64,000 bases of DNA, taken from Fistulifera solaris. Its lineage: Eukaryota. The DNA lies in the NCBI GenBank assembly GCA_030295235.1, contig AP026132.1, positions 682,001 to 746,000 of the forward strand, written 5' to 3'. The first letter of the stretch is position 1. Each line of letters begins with the position of its first letter. Position numbers and translations under genes: made by a program. The notes below the pieces were generated by a model. It saw nothing but the letters and a program-made list of their open reading frames with translations. It did not search any database and was not told the DNA's origin. Below are positions 50,824 to 61,539 of this stretch, piece after piece.

Positions 50824-51663
50824 TTTATAAGATAGCGGTTGTTATTAAAGAAGATGAAAAGGTAGCAAGCAGCAAAGGCCAGCGAAAACAGCAACTAAAA
50901 ATTGTTCGTCTTTGTTATTGTTGCCCGTCTTTTTTTTCATCTCGCATCTTTCATCGCACGCAAAATAAAATGCGCGGACAAGAATGGAGACTTGTCTGCC
51001 CACCTCCCGTCGCCCTACAGTGTGTGTGGGAGTGGTTATACTACTATAGCTTAAAAAGAAGATTACTTTTTTCATGACATGAATCAATTCCAGTCCCGGA
51101 TCCCAAGAATGGACTACGTTCTTCTTTTTAGTTTAACTTATTTGTTCTTTGTTCACAAGTACGACGTCCAAGTCATCTCTGTCTCAAAGTAACTAGTGTT
51201 CCAAGCAATACTGAATCAGCTATATCTATATTACTGTGTATCATGGGGATGCTGATATAGTAATGAATTTGTCTTAATGCGCAAGCGGCTTGAGTCGGGA
51301 GGAGCTATGAATAACCACTTCTCCGGAATAGATCTCCGATAACTTATCTAAGAGCAGGTAATGGTCAATTTGTATTGCAACAGTATTCATCGGCCAGACA
51401 CATTCTACATGAGACGTGAAAGCGCCAGGCATACATCGATATCGAACACTTTGTGTAAATATATTACATTCATTATATCAGCGCATATACGTTGTTCTGT
51501 GTCTAAACCAGGTGCTGCTTTGAATGGTGGGTTTTGCAAGACTGATGTACATTCTAAGTTGATTGGTTTCGGTTGTTTCCTTCTTTGTCGTCAAGATTCT
51601 CTCCTCCTCCCGACTTTCGTGTACCGAAAAGTGGCAAAAATATCCACGCGACCGTAATTATTT

Positions 51664-52176
51664 TCATTCTTCTTGTTCATCCGGTTCTTTCCCAATCAAC
51701 TTAGCTACAACCGGCGTCAAGAGAACGGTCGGTGGGAAACGAATGGGCGAAGCGGCCTTGTGGGCAGCATACGCAATCGCAAAGGTCCCCGCCGTCTCGG
51801 TGTTCTGATTCACCTCAATACCCACATTACTCAAAAGTCCGCCGACATCAACACCATTGTCGACCAAAGTATAGCAGATGGCGAACGAAATGAGAGCGAG
51901 GGGAATGGAAGTGGCCAAGTACGCAATTCCGTAGCGCTTCAATAATGACTTGGCAGTGGCGCCGCCGTCTTTCTGCTTCAAAGACTCGAGCAAACCGACT
52001 TCGAGTCCGTATTTTTCGGTCGTTTCTTCAATACTCTGCTTCGTCTCTTCTTTGGTGGGCGTAGCTCCCAGCACGGGTGTCAGTTGTCGGAGTGGATTGT
52101 GACGTGCGGGAGCCCATGCCGTAACGCTGCTCGTCCAGAGCGCCAAAAGAAGAAGAAACGAATTTCGTCCTAACAT
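51664..52176 (-). CDS. Plastid-targeted DUF1279 (FAM210-like) membrane protein
   Basis: Signal peptide VTA-WAP; LLKRYGIAYLATS; AGTFAIAYAAHKAASPIRFPPTVLLTP. Confidence 0.8.
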   Translation of the reverse strand: MLGRNSFLLLLALWTSSVTAWAPARHNPLRQLTPVLGATPTKEETKQSIEETTEKYGLEVGLLESLKQKDGGATAKSLLKRYGIAYLATSIPLALISFAICYTLVDNGVDVGGLLSNVGIEVNQNTETAGTFAIAYAAHKAASPIRFPPTVLLTPVVAKLIGKEPDEQEE

Positions 52177-52681
52177 ATTGGATGAATCAGTATTCAATGA
52201 TGAATTCAGTAGCAAACAAATGTATGTTCTGCGAGAAAAAAGGTATCAGTTGGATGACAACAACAACAACGTCGCGGGCGATCGGTTTGCGAGAAAAAGT
52301 CGATGATGGCTCCGACTGTACGAATAATCTGTACGTGGGTGAGCCAAGAGAATGACGTGCCCCCATTCTCTTCACCGCCTGTACATGTACCGTCGTCCTT
52401 CGTATTCAACTTCAACTTCTTTACCGGGGATCGTCCACGTGGAGCTATCATGTGATCCGTGATTATTCGATTTACCGAAATATGGTTGGAAATGCGACAA
52501 TGAATCTAAGACACAACAAAGGATCTAGGGCGTGCAGTATCTAGACAACAAACCGTGTGTTAACCAGTGTTAGAAAGGGTCGATTGTAATTTTCATAGGG
52601 CGACACTTTCGTTCTTCTCCTAGAGATTACAGCGTCGTTGTTGTTCTTGATTCTAGAATTAGCCGATTAACCGAGTCATAT

Positions 52682-53576
52682 CTATGCCAGCATGTTCACA
52701 GGTGCACTTTTTCTCTCTCGTAAGATAGCCTCCGCAACATCCATATCTTCGGGGGTCGTTATTTTCAGGTTCGTGTACTCCCCCAGTGTCAACTTGACAG
52801 GCTCTCCCAAGGCTTCCACAATCGATACATCATCCGTCACTTCCAAATTTTCGGCCTCCACTTTGGCGAAACCTCTCTGCAGTGTGTCAATACGAACCAC
52901 TTGTGGAGTATGGACTTCCCACAGTCGAGCCCGCGGAATGGTGCGCAATACGGTCGATCCATCTTCACTTTCCTTGATGGTTGCTTTGCAGGGAACGCCC
53001 AGAACAGCAGCTCCGTATTCCTTGGCGTCTCTCACGACATGACAAACTTCTTGGATGGTCACGAGAGGTCGTGCCGAATCATGAATGGCGGCGTATTGAC
53101 ATTGGCCCCCGACAGTTCGACCAATTTCGAGAGGCCATTTTCCACCGAACCTTGTCGTTCGACACCCGGATTGGCGAAGGCTAATTGATTCTTATAACGA
53201 TCCACAATGGGTTGATACTCGGGTTGATAAGTAGGATCCATCACCAATACAACAAACGGTGGAGGAGATTTTCCTTCTTTCTTGAGGAAGGTCGGCAGTC
53301 GCTCCAAAAATAGTTCCAACGAATGATGAAGAACGGGGACGCCTCGCAGTTCGAGAAACTGTTTGGGCATGGATGCTTTCATACGACTGCCTTTTCCTCC
53401 TGCTAATAACACAAAGCCGGTGTCGCTCATGTCAATGGCATAATCGTTGTCGCCATCGGAAAGTGCCAAAAGGATGGTCTCCGGCAAAGGCGATGATCAG
53501 CTTGTAGGAATGAGAAAGCGAATTGAGGTAAGAAGATTAAGCATAGAATCGTGATTGCTCGGCAGGAATACATCAT
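52682..53576 (-). CDS. ispD: 2-C-methyl-D-erythritol 4-phosphate cytidylyltransferase (MEP pathway), plastid-targeted
   Basis: LLAGGKGSRM..PKQF, ERQGSV, IHDSARPLV (restored across the indel at about 53108), VTDDVSIVE, NLKITTPED. Presequence MMYSCR..AFS-FL joins at about 53470. Confidence 0.93.
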
Positions 53577-53889
53577 GGCAAATCTTTTTTACTTTTCCGA
53601 TTGAACAAGTTGAAGTCGAATAGAGACGCGTTATTATCATGGTCGTTTCTGATCGGAGGATGCGAGCAGAATGACGTGCGCGGAGGAGCCATGGAATGTC
53701 ACACTGTACATCATTTGTTATTACTTTGAATCTATGAAATGTCGTACCGTGAAAGATGTATCTATGCAACCCGAAGCATTCCTTGACGCCGACGACGAAC
53801 AACAACAAAAACAATGTGAAGTTTTGAAACCATGTTTCGTTATACTTGCAAATAATTAACACCTGCTGCTGTCCTTCACGTTCTCTATA

Positions 53890-54477
53890 ATGCTAAAGTT
53901 GCGTATCACTCTTGTGCTTTTCTATCTACTAGGCGAAGGACTTGCATTTGTTACACATCCACCAGCCTTTACCTTGACATCGGTACGTGCCAGGAGAAAA
54001 TCTTGTCTGTCCCACTCATCGCGCTCTGATCTTCTCATCTTTCTGACTTGAACATCATCGTAGTCGAGTCGATTACAATCCGCATCCATTTCTACGGAAC
54101 ATTATTACAATCTCGAAGAGCTGGAAGACAAGGAAACCTGTACAACCGAAATTTTTCTCCGCTCCGACAAGTCGCTCCAAGTGGGCAAGACCGATGGTCC
54201 ACTCTACGTGAATGCTGCCGGAAGCTGGAGTCAAGAAGCCGACGGAACTTTTCGAATGACGTTGAAACGTTGGTATAATGCGGGAAGGACGCCAGCGAGT
54301 AAGACGGACATTGGCGAGTTTCAATTCGAGGTGGAACGTTTATTCGTCGGTGAGGTCACTACCGTAGGTGGAATTGCAGCGGTGTCTGGTTCCATGCACC
54401 ACATTGACGGGGATATTGACAGGGAAGTCGGATTTTTCAACTTGATTGATACTTCAGCCGTGCGAACGAAGAACTGA
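53890..54477 (+). CDS. Plastid-targeted hypothetical protein
   Basis: MLKLRITLVLFYLLGEGLA-FV signal. Intron 53983-54063 keeps the frame with ORF 54181..54477. Confidence 0.72.
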
Positions 54478-55285
54478 ATAAGTCAGTACTAAACGGCTTT
54501 CGGCAAAGCGATTTACTGGTAAGGAAAGAGTCAATATTAGCAAAGAGAGAATGGATACTCTGTTGGATGAACCTATGAATGAATAAGCTATCAAGTCAGA
54601 CGATTCATCTAAGCGATTGACCCTTAAAGTTTTTTAGAAGAGGATTCACAAAAACTCCCCGTCGTTGTCATCCCTATATACTGTCGGCTAACACCCTTAT
54701 TTCATGTACTTTTGTTTGTTTTTGATTGACACCTATCAATGAGTGAATTGGCTCGTTTGGATGGATTTGGTCCATGATTGATTTGATGAGTTTTGCGTCT
54801 ATGGGAAGACTCTTCGCTACACAACAACATCATGTGCTTAATCACGAGTCGTCCCAGTCACACATCCAGTCACAGATTTTCGGCTTTGAAGTCTGATACC
54901 GCTAAGACAGTCATCCCCTTCTGTTAATCGTGTAGAACACTCTGTTGTATTCTATGTTTAGATCATTGAGTACCGAGTCCAGGATTGTTTCTGTCGATCG
55001 TGATTATTCGTGATACACGAATGTACTGGTGGAACCCAGAAGTTTCCGGACTTTCTTTTCTTTCGTGACAGCAAACGGCAACCAAGTGAAAAACCATTGA
55101 CGAGAAAGAGATCGAGCGGAGATCCTTGCAGCTTTCACATTATCTGTTAACCATCAACTACATACAATTGATAATAAAACAGCTCTGGCATAGCAATCAA
55201 GTCCGCGCTCCATGTTAATGACAGCGCGTTTTTTCTAATCTATTCTTTAGAATCTGTTTGATAGAGCGGGCTCATTGAATTGAGC

Positions 55286-56452
55286 ATGGAAGTGCGTAAA
55301 GAATCACTCCGCAATGCCTACGCGGCCAGTGGGATGCTGCGCTCGCAGCTCAATGCGACCCCACAACGACGCAAACCACTCAACACTTCCACGACACGGA
55401 TTTATCGGGCCCCACAAGCGACGGTTCGTGACGAGACGGATGGGAAAACGCGGCGTCGACGTCAACCCGAGGATTCGTCCTTTTCGACGCTGGAAGCGCC
55501 GTGGGACGATGATTCCGATCGTGGCAATCGGTCGAGTCGGAGGAGTTTGACGTTGCGACAGGGGTTTGAAGAATTTTCCGAGTCGTTTGTGAATAACAAC
55601 GATTACGATGACTATCACAATGAATATTATGTCGAACCGCGCCGCAATGTATGGGCCGTCTTGCGAACGACCGTGAATTATCAGACGGTGGTACAAGTCC
55701 TGATTTTGTTAGTTTTTGCCGCCATGATTTTTGATTCTCATTCTCGGGTTCAGAAGCACCGAGTCCAGCTAGCACAGTACGATGAAGAACGAGCGCACAT
55801 TTTAGAACAAATGATGTGGATTGATAAAGCGGCAAAAAAGGTACACCGAAAGTACGCACAGAAAGACATTTGGGAATCTTTGGAAGATCAAAAGTTAGAG
55901 CACGAATCGCGAGGGGCGTTGTTGGAAGATACGGAGGGCTTGCGCGATGCCATGAAGAAACTACAGCTGCGCGTGCAACTGAATGCTCGAACGCGTATTG
56001 AAGATCGTTTTGGGATCCGGAATGCTTTTATCAATTTACCACTGGATGAAGAGGGAAAGGAACACGTACAGATTGGTTTGACGGATGACACTCCTCATGC
56101 TGCGGCTATTTTGCTGGAACAGTATGACCGCCATTTGTGGGACAAAGTGGAGTTACAACGCATTGGTGATGACGTGATACAAATATCCACCGATCAAACC
56201 ACCACATCACCCGTTTTAGAATTTATAGAGTCATCGCATTCCTGTCACGAGGTCGGGTCGGTGGTGTTGCGGCAATTGGAAGCGGAGACGATGGATTTGA
56301 ATGTAGTGGTACTGCGTGTGCACATGACCGAACATGTACCCATGGGTGCGGAAGATGTCTGTATCGGAAAGGTGACGGTCGGTCTTGAGTATTTAAACAA
56401 AGAGGGTATACCGCGCATCCACGAAACGCCACCTAGAGTCTACGCTTCATAA
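55286..56452 (+). CDS. Type II membrane protein with coiled coil and divergent cyclophilin-like domain
   Basis: Disordered N-terminus, one TM segment (VVQVLILLVFAAMIF), coiled coil, then TPHAA..LEFIE..DVCIGKV. Confidence 0.7.
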   Translation: MEVRKESLRNAYAASGMLRSQLNATPQRRKPLNTSTTRIYRAPQATVRDETDGKTRRRRQPEDSSFSTLEAPWDDDSDRGNRSSRRSLTLRQGFEEFSESFVNNNDYDDYHNEYYVEPRRNVWAVLRTTVNYQTVVQVLILLVFAAMIFDSHSRVQKHRVQLAQYDEERAHILEQMMWIDKAAKKVHRKYAQKDIWESLEDQKLEHESRGALLEDTEGLRDAMKKLQLRVQLNARTRIEDRFGIRNAFINLPLDEEGKEHVQIGLTDDTPHAAAILLEQYDRHLWDKVELQRIGDDVIQISTDQTTTSPVLEFIESSHSCHEVGSVVLRQLEAETMDLNVVVLRVHMTEHVPMGAEDVCIGKVTVGLEYLNKEGIPRIHETPPRVYAS

Positions 56453-56964
56453 GGGGTTTCATTTGTCGACTCCCTGAGAAATATAAACTCTTTTACCGCC
56501 GTTAAAGTCACGCTAGTCAACACGTGTGGTTCGGACGAGTCACGAGTTTCACGTCATGATAATCTATAGTGACTACTTACTATCCGATTAAAAGTAGTAT
56601 CCATGACCCACCACCACGCAGGACGCGCCACGTGACCCCCGAATTCTCAGAACAACCGCAACCTGGGACTCGGTCTATTTGATTTCTATTGCAGTGACGG
56701 TACGATATGCAAGTCGCCAAAAAAACTAAATGCAATTCCTGTTTCTGGCCCGGCCGGAGGGAAGTTGTGAAAGGAAACTTGAATTTTGAAACCGGATCAC
56801 CGCTCACCCGCGCCATTTTTCACTCTGCTCGCGGCGACAGCCACCATTCATACTGTCATACTTTTTCGTTCTTGTTTCACGATTCATGTAAGTGATGTTA
56901 TTCGTTCTTTGTTGCTGTGAGAAGTTCCCTCACTTCGTTTGCTTCTCATCACAAAACTTATAAA

Positions 56965-58376
56965 ATGTGCCGTTGCAATATTCTTCGTCCCCGCAGGGCT
57001 GAACTTTATCTGACGAAGTCCAATTGGGCTATGCGCTCGAAGCGTTCGCGTATGCGCATCAAATGGGTGTCGGATGGGCCACTTCCAAACTCGTTTATTT
57101 GAAAAATTCCGGCATCAACAATCTCAGTGAACTATCGCTCGGTTGTAAAGAAGATACGTTGAATTTAGATCTCGAATTATTCGGTGTACCGCCGGAAGAA
57201 CTCTTTAGCGCCAAAACACTGCAACGCCTCAATGGCTTTTTACCGGGTCCGGTGGGCATTCGGTGCTTTCGTTTGGCTCAAAAAGCCGCACAAAAGGTAA
57301 AGAAAGGAACCGCCGATACAGAATACGTGCATCGCCCGGAGAATGGCAAAATTGGGGAAGAAGTCTGGTTGACACCGTCGAACGAAGAATGGGTCTTGCG
57401 CGTCGACTGCGCCGGCTTTGTCCGCAACTGCCTCAAGCACGTGACGAAAGATCCGTTCGTCATGTCACTCAGTGACCGGGATTTCATGCGGGCCAAGGAT
57501 TTCTTCACATTCTTCTCCAGTACACCGCATACCGTCATGGACACGGAAATTATGCCCGAAACGGATCGACGTATGAAATGGCGACAGTTCACCGATTTGC
57601 GACTCGTCATTCCAGGCGATGTCATTTGTTATCGACCGAAGGGCAATGCGGCCGGGGGTGCCGCGTTCACTTCGAATGATCGAAAAGATCTCAAGCGACT
57701 CTTGAAAGCCGTCAAAACGGCCCAACTCTGGCATGCGGAAGGGGGAAGTTGGACGAACATGGTCACACGCAATGTCGCCAAAGACCCCGTGGTCAAGACG
57801 TGGGTCACACAAGTCAAAACAAAATTAAACGCCATTGATATTCACACCGTCAAACAATTGCATCGGAATCTCGGTTCGATTAACCGTAAACTCACCTCCC
57901 TGGATTACCCCGCGCTGAGTCAAGATACGTTGGAGTTGATCCGAGAATGTTGCGAAAGTACGACCGTCAATACAGGACACATTGTGTTTGCCTCTGGCCC
58001 GGCGGTACGGCTCGATGACGATGGCTTGTATCGGATTCGGGTCGTGCACTCGACCAAGTACGGGATTGTGGGGAAGGATGGTCAAAAGACACAGGGCGTT
58101 CAGGAATATTATCGACGATTCCAGCTGTTACCGGATGGTCGTTGGACGCGACATAAGGAAGTGACCGTAAAGAAGGAAGTCAAAGTAATCAACACGTATG
58201 AGAGTGATGGCGAAGATCCCTTTGATGACATGGAAGATGATCCGGAAGACAATGAAGGGAGCGGCAGCGGCACGGAGACGGAAACGGATACGCCTTCCAA
58301 TGGGGAAACAGAACCAAACGACGATCTATCGGATAAAGACATGGTGGAAGTAATTGTGGCCCGTATGTGTTTTTGA
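56965..58376 (+). CDS. NlpC/P60-like papain-fold protein with internal insertion
   Basis: EYVH, VDCAGFVRNCL, PGDVICY, TGHIVF, VVHST. ATG at 56965 probably joins the 57024 ORF by one T at about 57006. No intron is evident. Confidence 0.68.
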
Positions 58377-58568
58377 TTTGTGACTTCCACGGAATCATGG
58401 CGTACGTCGTAGATGGAACGAGACATTACCTTAGTTAGCTTTTGCAGCATAGAATAGCATAATTATTAGGTGAAGCATTTATTTTATTAAAATCAATTCT
58501 GTGCTCTATAGGCAGAAATCTAAGTCGATTACAGTGAAATGTGCGTCTTAAGAAGAACTTAAAGAATG

Positions 58569-60026
58569 CTATTCGAATAACCCGGCGGCTTTCCCTCGCG
58601 GAACACGACTGGCCGAGGCCGCTGTTACCGAGACTGGCTTGTTCGATCGCAGTGACGACACAAGTTTTTGTAGACTCCCGAATCCTTCCACAACTTTGCC
58701 GACGCAAACATCGAATTTTCGATCGGCGGAATTATCTTGCAAGTTGATGAATAGACTCAGACCTCCGGCGTCGTTTTCGGCCAATCCAACGGTCCAAGCT
58801 TCGTGTTTTTCCGACGCTGTTTCTACGAAATCGAGAGGTGCAGTAGGCTCGGGTGGGAGTGCCGTCAGAGTCGCGCCGTTGGGGGCTAACACAAACTGAC
58901 TGCCGGTCCATTTCCCGGATCGTATCTGGTCAATGAGAGTCCAGGCGGCGTGCGGTGTATCATACCATAAACTGATCGATATTCGCTCCGTGTCTTTCCC
59001 TATGTTGATATCAAAGGACACTTGCACAGGTCCTTCCCCATAGGTCCCAACAATGGAACTCCTCGCCACTTGTTGAAGCTTTGTCTGCAAACCCTTGAGC
59101 TCGTGTTGCAATTCTTCTTCCATCTGGTATAATTGCTGTGTCTGTACGTGTATCAACTTGGCATCAACGGGTTCATCGTTGTTATTGTTATTGGGTTTAT
59201 TGACGTTCTGAATGACGGTTCCGTCACTGAGTCTCCCGAGTACCTCGTGCAACTGCATCGATTTTCGTTCTAATCCCTGTAAATGCAACATGATAATGCT
59301 TTCATCATGCTTGAGCTTCTCAAACTGCTCGGACGTGATCATCGCGCGATGGTACGACTCCCACACGAGGCAGGTCACAATGAGAAGCACCAAGGTCTGT
59401 ATCCATTGAGAAGAACCGCTGGGCGAAGGCGTTTTCCATAAACACCGTGGAGCGGGGGGTTTGTCGTGTGGATACGATGCCGGAGGCATCCATTCTCGTT
59501 CATTGGATGCGACACTTCCATCATCCATACTCCCATTCGAGATGGCTCGTTTGCCGGGTCGAGAACGTAATAAAGGTCCATCGGCAGTCTTGGTTGGCTT
59601 GCTGGCATTCCTCCAGGATGCGGCGGTGCCGATGGCGCTATTGACGAGTCCCGACGACATGCTCCGCACGCGATTGGGAGCGCCGCGATTGTGATTCGAT
59701 GATGATGATAAGGTGGGTAATAAATCCCCTCTACCAGACTCGGCCGCGCGAAAAGTAGTAGTCGTAGACGATCGTTTGGGGACGCTCGGGGGCGAATCAG
59801 ATAATCTGAGATTAGGGATCATTTCGGATTGCGGTCGACTGTTTACCATGGTATTGTAGGTTGTTGAATGGCTACTAAAATTGCGTGGAGGTGGGGCTGA
59901 TGGAGGAGGACTTTGTAATTGTTGCGACGAGGGAAACGATGGGGTGCTGCCGAATGGGTTCGACGTTGACTCCCTTCCAGCGCTCCCCAGGTAGGTTTGG
60001 CTCTGCGAGCTTGCAACTCTTGGCAT
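58569..60026 (-). CDS. Type II membrane protein with coiled coil and divergent cyclophilin-like domain (paralogue of the 55286 gene)
   Basis: TM segment IQTLVLLIVTCLVW; YGEGPVQV; TPHAAW; HEAWTVGL; LFINLQDN; DVCVGKVVEG. Confidence 0.75.
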   Translation of the reverse strand: MPRVASSQSQTYLGSAGRESTSNPFGSTPSFPSSQQLQSPPPSAPPPRNFSSHSTTYNTMVNSRPQSEMIPNLRLSDSPPSVPKRSSTTTTFRAAESGRGDLLPTLSSSSNHNRGAPNRVRSMSSGLVNSAIGTAASWRNASKPTKTADGPLLRSRPGKRAISNGSMDDGSVASNEREWMPPASYPHDKPPAPRCLWKTPSPSGSSQWIQTLVLLIVTCLVWESYHRAMITSEQFEKLKHDESIIMLHLQGLERKSMQLHEVLGRLSDGTVIQNVNKPNNNNNDEPVDAKLIHVQTQQLYQMEEELQHELKGLQTKLQQVARSSIVGTYGEGPVQVSFDINIGKDTERISISLWYDTPHAAWTLIDQIRSGKWTGSQFVLAPNGATLTALPPEPTAPLDFVETASEKHEAWTVGLAENDAGGLSLFINLQDNSADRKFDVCVGKVVEGFGSLQKLVSSLRSNKPVSVTAASASRVPRGKAAGLFE

Positions 60027-60733
60027 CTTTGTAGCTCTACGCCTTTTATCTTCCAGTTATAAACAGTTTTGAACTATGATTTCAGCGCCATGGAGTCTTC
60101 TTCATCTCATCAAAGCGTCCGCATGAATAGAAAACCAAAAAGCAAACCATCGCACGCAAAAGAGAATCCATCTATAGCATTAAAAGTACTTACGGCGCCT
60201 CTCTTGGGCGCCTCTCGCATCGTGGAGGTACTTTTTCTTCTATTCATCGATGGCCACCGGTCATTCGCGGTCAAAGCGTATTGGAGACTGCCTACAGGTT
60301 ACCGAACACTCAAGCAACTAAGTCATTGCAAAAAGTCATTCACTGTTGAGTGACAGACGGAAAGCCCCGAACCCTTTCCGGATCCTGAGGAGTCTAGTCG
60401 AACTAAGGTGATCGTCGACGAACCGGTTTTCCGTTTCTGACGAATCATCATAGACTAGTGTCCACAGCATCTGTCCTAGCCACGCAATCTGTATCTTGCT
60501 AAAGGTAAAAGATTGCGTGTCGACTAAAAAGTGGGATCCGACGCTTCCTGGTAAGAATTATTTGTCGTGGTAACTCACCAGAGCTCCATACTTCTTTTTC
60601 TTCTTCCCCTTCGCCACAGCATAATGTATATAGACGTAACATCTATGTTTGTATAAGCTTTTGTTTGAAAAAGTGCAAGAAAAACTAGACCTAAATACTC
60701 GCCGTCATAATTTTTTCCGTGCCTTCTCGCGAC

Positions 60734-61190
60734 TGAAATGCAGTCATGGTCTCATAGAACCAACACTTTGCGGTCATAGTACTTGTAAATACAAGTACTC
60801 GTCGTTTCGCAAAGCTCTTCGACGGAATATTTGATAACGTCTACTGCAAACGCTACTAAAGACTATCTTATTTCATCAATTACACATGGAGCTCACGATA
60901 TTTGCTGAACGAACGAATTGTAGCTTGTATTGTCGCTCGAAAGAAAATGGTTTTATTTGAAGTTTGAAGTGCAGTCGTGGCGAAATACGGACAACGCTTT
61001 GGTCGATAGTAGATAGAGAGACAACGTTTCCAAGGCTCTTCGACGTAAAATATTGTGACTGGTATTGCAAAGCGCTGCTAAAGAATACTCCGTATCTCAT
61101 TGCAACAACGACAAATGAAACTCGAGTATTTGCTGAACAAACGAATTTTAGGCAGCATTGTCGTTCAATAAAATTTGGATTCGTGACTGT
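60734..61190. repeat. Diverged tandem duplication, unit about 231 bp
   Basis: TGAAATGCAGTCATGG (60734) matches TGAAGTGCAGTCGTGG (60965). GCTCTTCGACG and TATTTGCTGAACRAACGAATT occur in both copies. Confidence 0.7.
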
Positions 61191-61539
61191 ATAGTTACTA
61201 GCCGCCTGCGGCGGGCTAGCCTCTGCGGAGAGGTTTTTTTCGTTCTCGCCCTTGCAGAAAAGCAAAAAGAGTGACTGAAAAGAGTGACTGAACCCAGAAA
61301 ATCTGGTAACCTTAGTGTGGTGTTATCATTTCCACAGAAAATATACGGGGATGTGAAATGATTTCACGTTCCCAGAAAAACTGAGTGCGTGGTGTCATCA
61401 CATTCACAAAAACAAAGACTGCGGGCATTCGTCGCCTTTTTTCGATCCGAAATCTGAATCCGAACCTCCGTGGTCATGATCTTTCGATCTATTTGATCCA
61501 AAAGACGACCTATCCATCCCTACTCGTCTTCTTCTCACC

